A DNA stretch of 64,000 bases from contig OY769902.1 in NCBI GenBank assembly GCA_963669175.1, forward strand, positions 4,416,001 through 4,480,000, read 5' to 3'. This DNA is from a bacterium. GTDB lineage: Bacteria > Electryoneota > Electryoneia > Electryoneales > Electryoneaceae. Under the pieces are notes generated by a model. The model made no database searches, was not told the DNA's origin, and saw only the letters and a list, made by a program, of their open reading frames with translations. The translations under genes were made by a program, and so were the position numbers. Position 1 is the first letter of the stretch; each line of letters opens with the position of its first letter. Of this stretch, positions 20,704 through 30,005 are shown one piece after another.

Positions 20704-21381
20704 TTATTTTTCAGCACGTTCAAGTTTTTTTGCGGGATTTCCAACAACTACTGCATTCTCATCAACATCTTTTGTTACAACAGCCCCCATTCCCACAATT
20801 GCCCCGCGCCCTACAGTTACACGTTCCTTCACGCAAGAACCTTGTCCCAGATATACGTTTGACTCAACATTTGCGTATCCAGCAAGAATACAATTTGTAC
20901 CGACTATTGTATCTTGCCCAACTGTGTTGTGAATTCCGACCGTTGATCTTGGCATTAGAAGTGAGCGATGTCCAACTTTGGCATGGTGATGCACAACCGT
21001 AAACGGGTATGCAATAACTCCGTTTTCAAGTGTCGCACTTGGTGAGATCCATGTAGAGGGATGAATCAGGTTCAGCCAACGATCATAGCCAATTTCTGTC
21101 TTTGACAGAATTTCAGTTAACCTCCTGCAAGTGCTATAGTTATATATACCATTGATAAAACTGACATCATTGGGCAAACGTGAAGCAGAAGTAAGCTTTC
21201 CAATAACAGGGTAGCCATTTACCATAGCATCAGGTGCATATGCGCCATCATCGAGAAAGCCAAGAATCTCCCACGAGAAACAATTTAGTGAATTCATTTC
21301 TTCAATCATCTCAAGCAGACTTACAGATTTAATGCCTGCGCCGCAGAAAACAACCTTGGCTTTCTCGACATGCTGATACAT
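20704..21381 (-). CDS. NeuD/PglD-like sugar acetyltransferase
   Basis: ILGFLDD, NLIHPS, hexapeptide repeats and GMGAVVTKDV...VVGNPAK. Confidence 0.85.
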   Translation of the reverse strand: MYQHVEKAKVVFCGAGIKSVSLLEMIEEMNSLNCFSWEILGFLDDGAYAPDAMVNGYPVIGKLTSASRLPNDVSFINGIYNYSTCRRLTEILSKTEIGYDRWLNLIHPSTWISPSATLENGVIAYPFTVVHHHAKVGHRSLLMPRSTVGIHNTVGQDTIVGTNCILAGYANVESNVYLGQGSCVKERVTVGRGAIVGMGAVVTKDVDENAVVVGNPAKKLERAEK

Positions 21382-21393
21382 GGAACAGTCCCC

Positions 21394-22488
21394 TTAACAA
21401 TTTTGCAGATTTGCTACAACCTCTTTCACCATCTCGTCAGTTAATTCACCAAATATGGGAAGTGAAAGCTCCTCGTTTCCAAGCCGTTCTGCAACGGGAA
21501 AATCACCTTCAACATAACCTAATTCAGCAAAACAGGGCTGTAAATGGACTGGTTTGGGATAATGAATACCACAGGCCACGCCGGCTTCGTTCAGTTTATT
21601 CATCATTTCAGCGCGGTTCTTGACCAGAACAGCATAGACATGATAAACATGGCGGACATCATCCTGCACCTTGGGTTCGACAACCCCGGGAACGTCCTTC
21701 AGCAGCTCACTGTAGAGCGCACCTGCACGGCGACGGCCTTCTGTCCATTCTTCAATGTAGTTGATCTTTACGCCAAGAACTGCACCCTGGAAACCGGTCA
21801 TACGGTAGTTGAAGCCCTTGTAAAAGTGATTGCCTTTGCCTTTCTGGCCCCAGTCACGCAGACTTCTGACCATCTCGGCGTATTCGTCGTTATTGGTTGT
21901 GACCGCTCCGCCTTCCCCATACGCGCCAAGATTTTTCCCTGGATAGAAACTGAAGCCGGCAATATCACCGATAGAGCCGCAACGCCGTCCCTTGTATTCC
22001 GCGCCATGCGCCTGGGCGGCATCTTCGACCACCAGCAGGTTATGCTTCTTCGCAATGGCCAGGATGGGATCCATATCAGCAGGTTGACCGTACAGGTGAA
22101 CCGGCATGATTACTTTGGTTTTCTCGGTAATGGCCGCTTCAATCTTTTCCGGATCCAACGTATAAGTTTCCGGGTGAACGTCAACCAGAACCGGTTTCGC
22201 ACCGGTATAGTCGACAGCAGCAGCGGTAGCCACAAAGGTCATCGCCGGTACGATAACTTCATCGCCCGGGCCAACGCCGATTGCCAGCAAAGCCAGATGA
22301 AGCGCGCTGGTACCGGAATTGACCGCGATGGCGTGCTTTGCATTAACGTATTCGCCGAACTTCTTTTCGAATCCCTGCACAGACGGTCCCAGCACAAATG
22401 CTGTATTGGCCATGACTTCGTCCAAAGCAACATGTACTTCATCACGGATCTGCGCATATTGCGCCTTCAAATCGACAAAAGGTATCAT
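21394..22488 (-). CDS. DegT family aminotransferase, WbpE/FdtB-like (C3)
   Basis: MIPFVDLKAQY, PVHLYGQ, EDAAQAHG, SFYPGKNLGAYGEGG and IHYPKPVHLQ. Confidence 0.9.
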   Translation of the reverse strand: MIPFVDLKAQYAQIRDEVHVALDEVMANTAFVLGPSVQGFEKKFGEYVNAKHAIAVNSGTSALHLALLAIGVGPGDEVIVPAMTFVATAAAVDYTGAKPVLVDVHPETYTLDPEKIEAAITEKTKVIMPVHLYGQPADMDPILAIAKKHNLLVVEDAAQAHGAEYKGRRCGSIGDIAGFSFYPGKNLGAYGEGGAVTTNNDEYAEMVRSLRDWGQKGKGNHFYKGFNYRMTGFQGAVLGVKINYIEEWTEGRRRAGALYSELLKDVPGVVEPKVQDDVRHVYHVYAVLVKNRAEMMNKLNEAGVACGIHYPKPVHLQPCFAELGYVEGDFPVAERLGNEELSLPIFGELTDEMVKEVVANLQNC

Positions 22489-22515
22489 CTTTATGAAATC
22501 CCTGGTTAAGCTTAC

Positions 22516-23523
22516 TTAGAGACTAACACATTCGCCCTGTTTTTCGAGCGACTGAGTTGCAGCTTCCAGCATACGAACAATCCGTGCGCCGGATATCCCG
22601 CTTGTCAACGGTTCCGCACCGTTCTCTATCACATCAGTAAAATGCGCAACGAGTTCACGCAACGCTTCTTTACGTTCCAGCTTTGGAACCCAGATATCAC
22701 CGGCACGATAACCGACACGCATTTTGTACACATTTTCCGGACTTGGATTTACGGTAATGCCCTTGTCGTAGACACGAACCTTTTCTTCCGGTTCCATGTC
22801 ATTGTACACGACCATCTTTTCAGTGCCACCGATCAGGGTCTGGCGTACTTTCACCGGGGCCAACCAGCTTACATTGATATGCGCAATAAACGATTCCTTG
22901 AAGAACAAGGTCATGAACGCAGTATTGACCGGGCTTCCTTCAACATGAGCAATACCGGTAGCTGACACTGAAATGGGGTGATAATCGAACACCGCTTCCA
23001 TGATGGACAGGTCGTGTACGGCCAGATCCCATAGTACATTTACATCTGTCTGGAAAAGCCCCAGGTTGATACGGGACGAGTCAAAGTATTGAACATCACC
23101 CAGATCACCGGTTTTGACCAGTTCCTGTATCTTCTTCACGGCCCCGGTATAGGGGAATGTGTGGTCAACCATGAGCGCCAGGCCACGCTTATCCGCTTCT
23201 TCAAGCATCTGTTCGCAATGCTCGGAAGAATCAGACATCGGTTTTTCCACGAGAACATGCTTCCCGGCCTGAAGGGCTTTCATGGCCAGATCAAAATGTG
23301 TGTAAACCGGGGTGGCGATTGAAACTGCATCCACATCCTCGGCGTTGAAAACTTCATCCGGGTTTGTGGTCACTTTAACAGAAGGGTAACGCTTTTTAAC
23401 CGTTTCAAGCAGCGCTGGATTCAGATCACAGACATATGTCAGCTCTGTGGAATCATTTTCCATGTAGTTGCGAACCAGGTTTGGCCCCCAATACCCATAT
23501 CCGATTACACCAGTCCGTACCAC
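22516..23523 (-). CDS. Gfo/Idh/MocA oxidoreductase (WbpB-like sugar 3-dehydrogenase)
   Basis: GYGYWGPNLVRN, VEKP, MVDHTF and WDLAVHD. Lies between the aminotransferase and the acetyltransferase. Confidence 0.8.
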   Translation of the reverse strand: MVRTGVIGYGYWGPNLVRNYMENDSTELTYVCDLNPALLETVKKRYPSVKVTTNPDEVFNAEDVDAVSIATPVYTHFDLAMKALQAGKHVLVEKPMSDSSEHCEQMLEEADKRGLALMVDHTFPYTGAVKKIQELVKTGDLGDVQYFDSSRINLGLFQTDVNVLWDLAVHDLSIMEAVFDYHPISVSATGIAHVEGSPVNTAFMTLFFKESFIAHINVSWLAPVKVRQTLIGGTEKMVVYNDMEPEEKVRVYDKGITVNPSPENVYKMRVGYRAGDIWVPKLERKEALRELVAHFTDVIENGAEPLTSGISGARIVRMLEAATQSLEKQGECVSL

Positions 23524-23634
23524 GTGTCGCCTCCCTTATCTAAAAAGCTGTTTTTGTATGTGAATAGCGTGTATATAGGAGGCATAATTCCCGCCCCCTG
23601 TGTGTAGCATCACTTCAACTCCTGGAGTGTTGCA

Positions 23635-24111
23635 TCAGTCTTTGGTGATATAGCGCTTCAGTCGTGCCGGTACCCCAGCCACAATAGCGCCGTCCGGCAC
23701 ATCACCAGTCACCACAGCGCCAGCGCCAATAATGGCTTTCTGGCCAACTGTAACCCCACCCATAATCACAGCGCCACTGCCGATGCTGGCGCCTTTTTTG
23801 ATGAGAGTTTCTACAACCTGCCAGTCGTCTTCAGTCTGAAGTTCACCACCCTCCGCAGTCGCACGAGGATAGATATCATTTATGAATACCACACCGTGCC
23901 CGACAAATACGTCATCTTCAATCGTAACACCTTCACAAATAAAGGTATGAGAAGATATCTTGCAGTTCTTGCCAATGAAAGCATTTTTTTGAATTTCTAC
24001 AAAAGCTCCGACCTTCGTATTGTCACCCAAAGTGCAACCATAAAGATTCACCAGATCGGGCTGGAATACCTTGACATCCTTGCCCAACGATACTGTATCA
24101 GTAATTGGCAT
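23635..24111 (-). CDS. WbpD/FdtC-like N-acetyltransferase
   Basis: VNLYGC, GAFVEIQK, ISSHTFICEGV, FINDIYPRA and VAGVPAR. Confidence 0.88.
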   Translation of the reverse strand: MPITDTVSLGKDVKVFQPDLVNLYGCTLGDNTKVGAFVEIQKNAFIGKNCKISSHTFICEGVTIEDDVFVGHGVVFINDIYPRATAEGGELQTEDDWQVVETLIKKGASIGSGAVIMGGVTVGQKAIIGAGAVVTGDVPDGAIVAGVPARLKRYITKD

Positions 24112-24412
24112 CGTTACTTCCTCGGTTATGTTGCTGTCTGTTTTTTACCTATCAACTGCGGCAATGTAGGATAGCGAGGTTATACTTTCAAGCTTACCCA
24201 CTTGGAGGGGAGAGCTCGTGCTTTCAATAAGTTCTATTTGTGTTTTCAAAGGGAATTTTTTGAAATGCCAGTTCATTTTTACATGACTGATTTATCCTTA
24301 CTTACGCAGAAAAAAATCTCCATCAGAAACAGGCATGGCGCTATTGTACTTCACATCACCCATAAATCCAGATTGGTCAGCAGATAGCCCGGCTATTCCC
24401 CATTCTCGTTAA

Positions 24413-25258
24413 TCATTCAAAACCAAACCGTACCAGCACACTGAGGTGGTCCGATGGGTAAAACCCTTCACTAGATGCCTGGTTCAATATGATTTCTGAA
24501 CTTGCGGGGTACAGAGCCCCATCATCGGGAATGAAGATAAAATCACATCGTTTTACAAGGTTATCGCTTGCAAAGGTGAAGCCGTCGTCGTCAGGATGAA
24601 GAGTCGAGAAACAGTCAATGAAAGCCCGATTCGGATTCCCGTTTGTCACAACCTGGTAAGGCGCAGAACCTGGTATACAGTTAAAATCACCGCCAAGAAT
24701 GATAGCGTCGGCGGGATACGCTGTATTGATAGAATCGATGAACGTATGAATTTCCTCTGCCTGCTTTACCCGAATATATTCATGATCGTCACGATAGCTC
24801 AGATGCGTACAGAATACATTTACCAATCCCATTCCAGCATCCGCCTGCACCCAGATTACTTTCCGTTTCAGCGCTCCCGGCGTTAAATCGAGATAGCCAT
24901 ATTGCAGCACCGGATGGCAACTGACAATGGCAATACCCTCCTGGAATTCACCCCATGAAATATCTGTCGGGGAAAAGAAGAAGTCGTATTCAGTTCCTGT
25001 TTGCCCAGACAGGCCCGCTGCCATTGTACGCCCCATGTTGTCCTGACCGTGCCCTTCAACTGTCTCACACACTTCCTGGAGTAGAATGAAGTCAGGCGCC
25101 AACGCACTTAGCTGGTCGATCTGCATTTGCAGACGTTCTTCCCACTGTGTATCCGGCTTCATTCCCATCATGTTACAGGTGACAATGGTAAGGTTGGGCT
25201 GGGCCAACACAATACTGCTGACCAGTACAAATCCAAGAATCATAAGCAGTTTTCGCAT
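24413..25258 (-). CDS. Secreted endonuclease/exonuclease/phosphatase (EEP) family protein
   Basis: Signal peptide, LQEV, THL, GGDFN, DFIF and SDH motifs. Confidence 0.88.
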   Translation of the reverse strand: MRKLLMILGFVLVSSIVLAQPNLTIVTCNMMGMKPDTQWEERLQMQIDQLSALAPDFILLQEVCETVEGHGQDNMGRTMAAGLSGQTGTEYDFFFSPTDISWGEFQEGIAIVSCHPVLQYGYLDLTPGALKRKVIWVQADAGMGLVNVFCTHLSYRDDHEYIRVKQAEEIHTFIDSINTAYPADAIILGGDFNCIPGSAPYQVVTNGNPNRAFIDCFSTLHPDDDGFTFASDNLVKRCDFIFIPDDGALYPASSEIILNQASSEGFYPSDHLSVLVRFGFE

Positions 25259-25470
25259 GGATGCGCCTCGTTTTCTGTTGACGGTTCAAGGGAAATGTAC
25301 GATCAATAGCGTTGCGGAACACCCTTCAACACGAGTCTTCATCTTTAAAATCAGCATCCTTCCATCCTCTGTTCTCTTACATATCTTTTGTATCTTTACA
25401 CTTTATGGTGTCAACCAAGATTGACACCTGCGCTGCAACAAAACGCTTTTGCGATCGATTGGAACTGTGC

Positions 25471-26658
25471 ATGAAGAAGCGCATCCTTATTCCCATAGTT
25501 ATTGTTTTTATTCTATTTCTTGCCTGGCGGGTTTATCATCTGGTATCCCCTTCAAAAAAGGATCAGGGTTTCGGGCAGGGCCGTCCGGCGGTTGCGGTCG
25601 AAACAGACAACATCAATCAGGGTCCGATTGAGGATGTCAGGTTGTTCACCGGAACGGTTTTCCCGCTGTATCGTTACCAGGTTGCCTCTAAAGTGGCCGG
25701 TCGTGTTGTTCATTTCAACAAACGAATCGGTGATTACGTTCGTCGTGACGAGACCATCGCAACCCTTGATGACGCAGAATTTCGTCAGTCCATGCTGGAA
25801 GCTGAAGCAAATCTCGCCATCGCCAAAGCCTCCCTGGTGGATGCGAAAGCGCAGTTGGAATTGTCCCAGCGCGAATTTGACCGTGCCCAGTCTTTGCATG
25901 AACAGGGCTTGAATTCACCGTCCGATTTTGATGCCGCCCGTTCGCGCCTGGAAGCCCAGAACGCCAAGCTGAAAGTGGCTGAAGCGCAGGTACTACAACG
26001 CGAAGCGGCATTAGAGGTCGAAAAGATTCAACTGGACTACACGGTTCTCCGAGCTTCGGAACCGGGGTATATTGGCGAACGCCTGGTCGATGAAGGCGCA
26101 CTTCTCTCTGTCAACACACCTTTGGCATCCGTGATTGGAATTGATACGGTTTATATCCGTACTTCCATTATCGAACGTGATTATGGACGTATGCAGATCG
26201 GGCAGGAAGCTTTCATCACGGTTGATGCATTCCCCGAACAAACCTTTTCCGGCCGTGTTTCACGAATCGCGCCCATGCTGCGAGAGGAATCCCGCGTTGC
26301 TGAAATGGAAGTCGTGGTGAAGAATCAGGAACAGCTTCTGAAGCCGGGAATGTACGCTCGTGTTCGTGTCGTCCTTGATTCTCGTGACAATGCCCTGCTG
26401 GTTCCAACCAAAGCGGTTGTCCACAGCGGAAGCCAGAACGGAGTTTTTCTTGTGGTTCCCGGTGAACCGGCAACGGCGAAGTGGGTTCCGGTTGCGACAG
26501 GTATTGTTGGCGAAGCCTATACGGAAATCCTCGATCCGGTAAACATTGAAGGACAGGTAGTTTCCCTGGGGCAACATCTTCTTGAAGACGGCGGGAAAAT
26601 CCTGCTTCCCGATCCTGTCAATTCGCCATCGCAGCCAGGCACGAGCCCAGGGGAATAG
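25471..26658 (+). CDS. RND efflux periplasmic adaptor subunit
   Basis: N-terminal TM, lipoyl-like GDYV..., coiled-coil hairpin and LLKPGMYARV. Confidence 0.9.
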   Translation: MKKRILIPIVIVFILFLAWRVYHLVSPSKKDQGFGQGRPAVAVETDNINQGPIEDVRLFTGTVFPLYRYQVASKVAGRVVHFNKRIGDYVRRDETIATLDDAEFRQSMLEAEANLAIAKASLVDAKAQLELSQREFDRAQSLHEQGLNSPSDFDAARSRLEAQNAKLKVAEAQVLQREAALEVEKIQLDYTVLRASEPGYIGERLVDEGALLSVNTPLASVIGIDTVYIRTSIIERDYGRMQIGQEAFITVDAFPEQTFSGRVSRIAPMLREESRVAEMEVVVKNQEQLLKPGMYARVRVVLDSRDNALLVPTKAVVHSGSQNGVFLVVPGEPATAKWVPVATGIVGEAYTEILDPVNIEGQVVSLGQHLLEDGGKILLPDPVNSPSQPGTSPGE

Positions 26659-26662
26659 ATCC

Positions 26663-29600
26663 ATGAGTTTCGCAAAAGGCCCAGTCAATCGCCCCATCCT
26701 GACGGCAATGATCTACCTGATTGTGATCATTGTCGGCGCGGTGTCTTTTTTCAGACTTTCCATTGATTTAATGCCGGACATTACTTTCCCGACAATCTCA
26801 ATTTCAACCAGCTATGGCAATGTCGGCCCGGAAGAGATGGAAGAACTGGTCACACGTCCCCTTGAGGAATCCGTTGCCGCGGTACAGGGAGTTGACCAGC
26901 TCACGTCCACCTCCACGGAAGGCAACAGCACAGTCCGGGTATCGTTCACATGGGGTTATAACCTCGAAGAAGCCGCCAATGACATTCGTGAACGTATCGA
27001 CCGGGCTATGCGTCAACTACCGGACGATATTGACGATCGTCCCATGATCCGCAAGTTCGACCTGTCGGCATTCCCGGTTGTCATCCTCGGCGTTGCCAGC
27101 AACCTGAATCCTCTCGATTTACGCCAGATTGTGGATGACCAGGTAAAATACCGTATCGAAAGGGTTGACGGCGTTGCCGCGGTAGATATTCGTGGAGGAC
27201 TGGCACGTGAAATCCATGTGGATCTTGATGCGGAGAAAATTAAGGCGCTCGGGTTGTCCACTACGACCATTCTTGCCATGCTGCAGAATGAGAACCAGAA
27301 CATTCCCGCAGGAACCTATAAAACCGGTAATTTCGAAGTCTTGATTCGCACCCAGGGTGAATTCGCCAGCCTGGATGAAATCCGCAACACCGTCATCGCC
27401 GTACGCAATGGCGCTCCGATACGGATATCCGACTTTGCCACGGTGAGCGATTCGTGGCAGGAAGTGACACGTCTTGTCCGTGTAGACGGTGTTCCGTCGC
27501 TACGTCTGTCCATAAACAAGCAGTCCGGCGCAAATACGGTCCAGGTTGCCGATGCGGTGAAAGCGGAAGTGGAGCGTATCAACCGGGACATTCCGCAGAT
27601 AAAAATTATCCCGTTGATCGATACGTCAACCTATGTGCGAAATTCTATTAACAATGTCGGCAATTCCACCCTTCTGGGCGGCTTACTCGCAGTCCTTATC
27701 CTGTTCCTGTTCCTGCGCAATGTATCCAGTACGCTGATTATTGCCACTGCCATCCCGGTATCCATCATCGCTACTTTCGGCCTGATTTATTTCGGCGGAT
27801 TTACGCTGAACCTGATGACCTTCGGCGGGCTCGCGCTGGGAATCGGGATGCTGGTGGACAACTCCATTGTTGTACTGGAAAACATCTACCGGTTGCGCGA
27901 AGGTGGCATGTCGCCGCGCGATGCGGCGCTGAACGGCACTTCCGAAGTCGGCAGCGCCATTTTTTCAAGTACGGCAACAACCCTGGTCGTTTTCCTGCCG
28001 GTCGTGTTCATGCGGGGCATGTCAGGCATCTATTTCCAGCAACTTGCCTATGTTGTGGCTTTTTCGCTTTCCTGTTCGCTGGTCGTCGCGCTTACCCTTG
28101 TCCCCATGCTGTCGTCCCGTTTCCTGAACTACCGTTCAGACAGCCATGCCGGTTCCGGGCGGTTCTTCGGCAAGATCTACGATGCCAGCGAGCGAACATT
28201 CAAAGCGGTTGAAGCTCAGTACAGCCTGTTACTGGCATGGGCGTTGGATCACAAACGAATTATCATCCTTTCCGCGCTGGGAATCTTCATTGTTTCCATC
28301 ATCCTGATACGGTTTATCGGGGTAGATTTCATGCCCTCAACAGACCAGGGCGAGGTGCGTGTCAGCATTGAGATGGCCGTAGGCACCAGGCTGGAAGTGC
28401 TGGATGAGCTTGTTCGCCGGGTTGAAATGATTGTCGGCAATGAGGTGCCTGAGATAAAGTCTACACTTACGACCGTAGGCGGTGGTGGCTGGCGAAATGC
28501 CGGAGGACACACGGCCGAGATTCGCATGACACTTGTCCCCCTCGCTGAACGTAACCGCAGCAGTGAGCAGATTGCCGATGCCCTCCGTCCAATCCTGAAC
28601 CGCCTTCCCGGCGCAACTATCCGTACCCGACCGGGCCAGGGTTTATTCCTGCTTCGTATGATGTCGGGGGGTGAAGGAGAAAGTGTTACCGTCGAAGTAC
28701 GTGGTCACGATCTGGAAACATCACGCGAGCTGGCCAATCGTGTCAATGATGCGATCAAGGGAATTGAAGGAATCACCGATACGCAAATCAGCCGTGAAGA
28801 AGGCAGACCGGAACAGGTTATCCGGATTGACCGTGCCAAGGCTGCCGATTTGGGTCTGAATGTCGCCACCATCGGCCAGGCGCTTCAGACTGCAATTGGA
28901 GGATCGTACGCCTCCTATTACCGTGATGCCGGAAAGGAATACCGCATCCTGGTGCGATTGAGCGAAGAAGATCGCCAGAACCTGCGGAACCTGCTGGATC
29001 TGACCGTTACCAACAATCGCGGACAGCAGGTAGTGCTGCGTAATGTTGTGGAAGCAGTGCCTCGTGAAGGCCCGGTGCGAATTGAACGAAAGGACCAGGA
29101 ACGCACTGTTTATGTCACCTGCAATTACAGTGGCCGTCCGATGGGCGATGTGATAAATGATGTCCGGGCTAAACTGCATGAAATACCGGTTCCCAAAGAC
29201 TTCTCCGTGATCATCGGCGGCGACTACGAGGAACAGCAGAAAGCTTTCCGTGAACTTCTGCTGGGGCTTATCCTGTCGATTATCCTGATCTACATGGTCA
29301 TGGCGGGACAGTTTGAATCCTTCAAGAATCCACTGGTTGTGCTTTTCTCTGTTCCGATGGCAGTCATCGGGGTGACCTTGACCATGATTCTGAGCGGAAC
29401 CAGCTTCAGCCTGAACGCCTACATCGGCTGTATCATGCTGGGCGGCATCATCGTGAACAACGCTATCCTGCTGGTTGATTACACCAACCTGCTGCGCGGA
29501 CGTGATAACATGCCCCTGTATGATGCGATTCGAACAGCCGGTTCACGACGCCTGCGTCCTATCCTGATGACGACACTTACTACCGTACTCGGCCTGATGC

Positions 29601-29773
29601 CGCTCTCATTCGGCTTCGGCGAAGGTGGGGAGACACAGGCGCCACTGGCGCGGGTTGTAATCGGCGGCTTGATCAGCTCAGCCCTGATCACGCTTGTCTT
29701 GATCCCGGTCGTATATGCGGTGTTCGAACGTAGAAGTGAAGCGCGAAAACTGGCGAAAGAGACCTCGCTGTAA
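26663..29773 (+). CDS. RND efflux permease (AcrB/SwrC-like)
   Basis: RPI, GMLVDNSIVVLENI, GIIVNNAILLVD, RLRPILMT and PLARVVIGG. Confidence 0.95.
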   Translation: MSFAKGPVNRPILTAMIYLIVIIVGAVSFFRLSIDLMPDITFPTISISTSYGNVGPEEMEELVTRPLEESVAAVQGVDQLTSTSTEGNSTVRVSFTWGYNLEEAANDIRERIDRAMRQLPDDIDDRPMIRKFDLSAFPVVILGVASNLNPLDLRQIVDDQVKYRIERVDGVAAVDIRGGLAREIHVDLDAEKIKALGLSTTTILAMLQNENQNIPAGTYKTGNFEVLIRTQGEFASLDEIRNTVIAVRNGAPIRISDFATVSDSWQEVTRLVRVDGVPSLRLSINKQSGANTVQVADAVKAEVERINRDIPQIKIIPLIDTSTYVRNSINNVGNSTLLGGLLAVLILFLFLRNVSSTLIIATAIPVSIIATFGLIYFGGFTLNLMTFGGLALGIGMLVDNSIVVLENIYRLREGGMSPRDAALNGTSEVGSAIFSSTATTLVVFLPVVFMRGMSGIYFQQLAYVVAFSLSCSLVVALTLVPMLSSRFLNYRSDSHAGSGRFFGKIYDASERTFKAVEAQYSLLLAWALDHKRIIILSALGIFIVSIILIRFIGVDFMPSTDQGEVRVSIEMAVGTRLEVLDELVRRVEMIVGNEVPEIKSTLTTVGGGGWRNAGGHTAEIRMTLVPLAERNRSSEQIADALRPILNRLPGATIRTRPGQGLFLLRMMSGGEGESVTVEVRGHDLETSRELANRVNDAIKGIEGITDTQISREEGRPEQVIRIDRAKAADLGLNVATIGQALQTAIGGSYASYYRDAGKEYRILVRLSEEDRQNLRNLLDLTVTNNRGQQVVLRNVVEAVPREGPVRIERKDQERTVYVTCNYSGRPMGDVINDVRAKLHEIPVPKDFSVIIGGDYEEQQKAFRELLLGLILSIILIYMVMAGQFESFKNPLVVLFSVPMAVIGVTLTMILSGTSFSLNAYIGCIMLGGIIVNNAILLVDYTNLLRGRDNMPLYDAIRTAGSRRLRPILMTTLTTVLGLMPLSFGFGEGGETQAPLARVVIGGLISSALITLVLIPVVYAVFERRSEARKLAKETSL

Positions 29774-29785
29774 ACAGGATTTTTC

Positions 29786-29805
29786 AGCCCGGATATTTCA
29801 TGAGT
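29786..29805 (+). repeat. Isolated terminal-inverted-repeat-like sequence related to the ends of the 44060-44387 element
   Basis: AGCCCGGATATTTCATGAGT matches 44061-44080 at 19/20 positions. Confidence 0.55.
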
Positions 29806-29887
29806 GCGAGGTATTCATTCCCAGAGTGAACATAGACAGGGAATGGTGGCTGTACCCATTTTTTGAAAGCAGGCAGGAATTACACGG

Positions 29888-29979
29888 AAAAGGGCACAGT
29901 TTCCTTTTCTATGCATACTTCAGGAATGTTCTGCATACACGCGAGGAAAAGAATCCCGTCCTCTTTTCCCGGCAATCTC
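29888..29979 (+). repeat. Dispersed 92-bp palindromic repeat, copy 1
   Basis: 80/92 ungapped identity to 40759-40850, with internal inverted arms. Confidence 0.85.
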
Positions 29980-30005
29980 ATTATTGAGTTTACAGCTTCC
30001 TCAGC

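Noticed and set aside
21544-22509. Long antisense ORFs (also 5709-6623, 17326-18048, 42058-42990, 53046-54083)
   Set aside because: They are shadows of well-supported genes on the opposite strand and have no recognisable motifs.
25471-29773. RND pair without an outer-membrane factor as a novelty
   Set aside because: TolC-like partners are commonly encoded elsewhere or shared.
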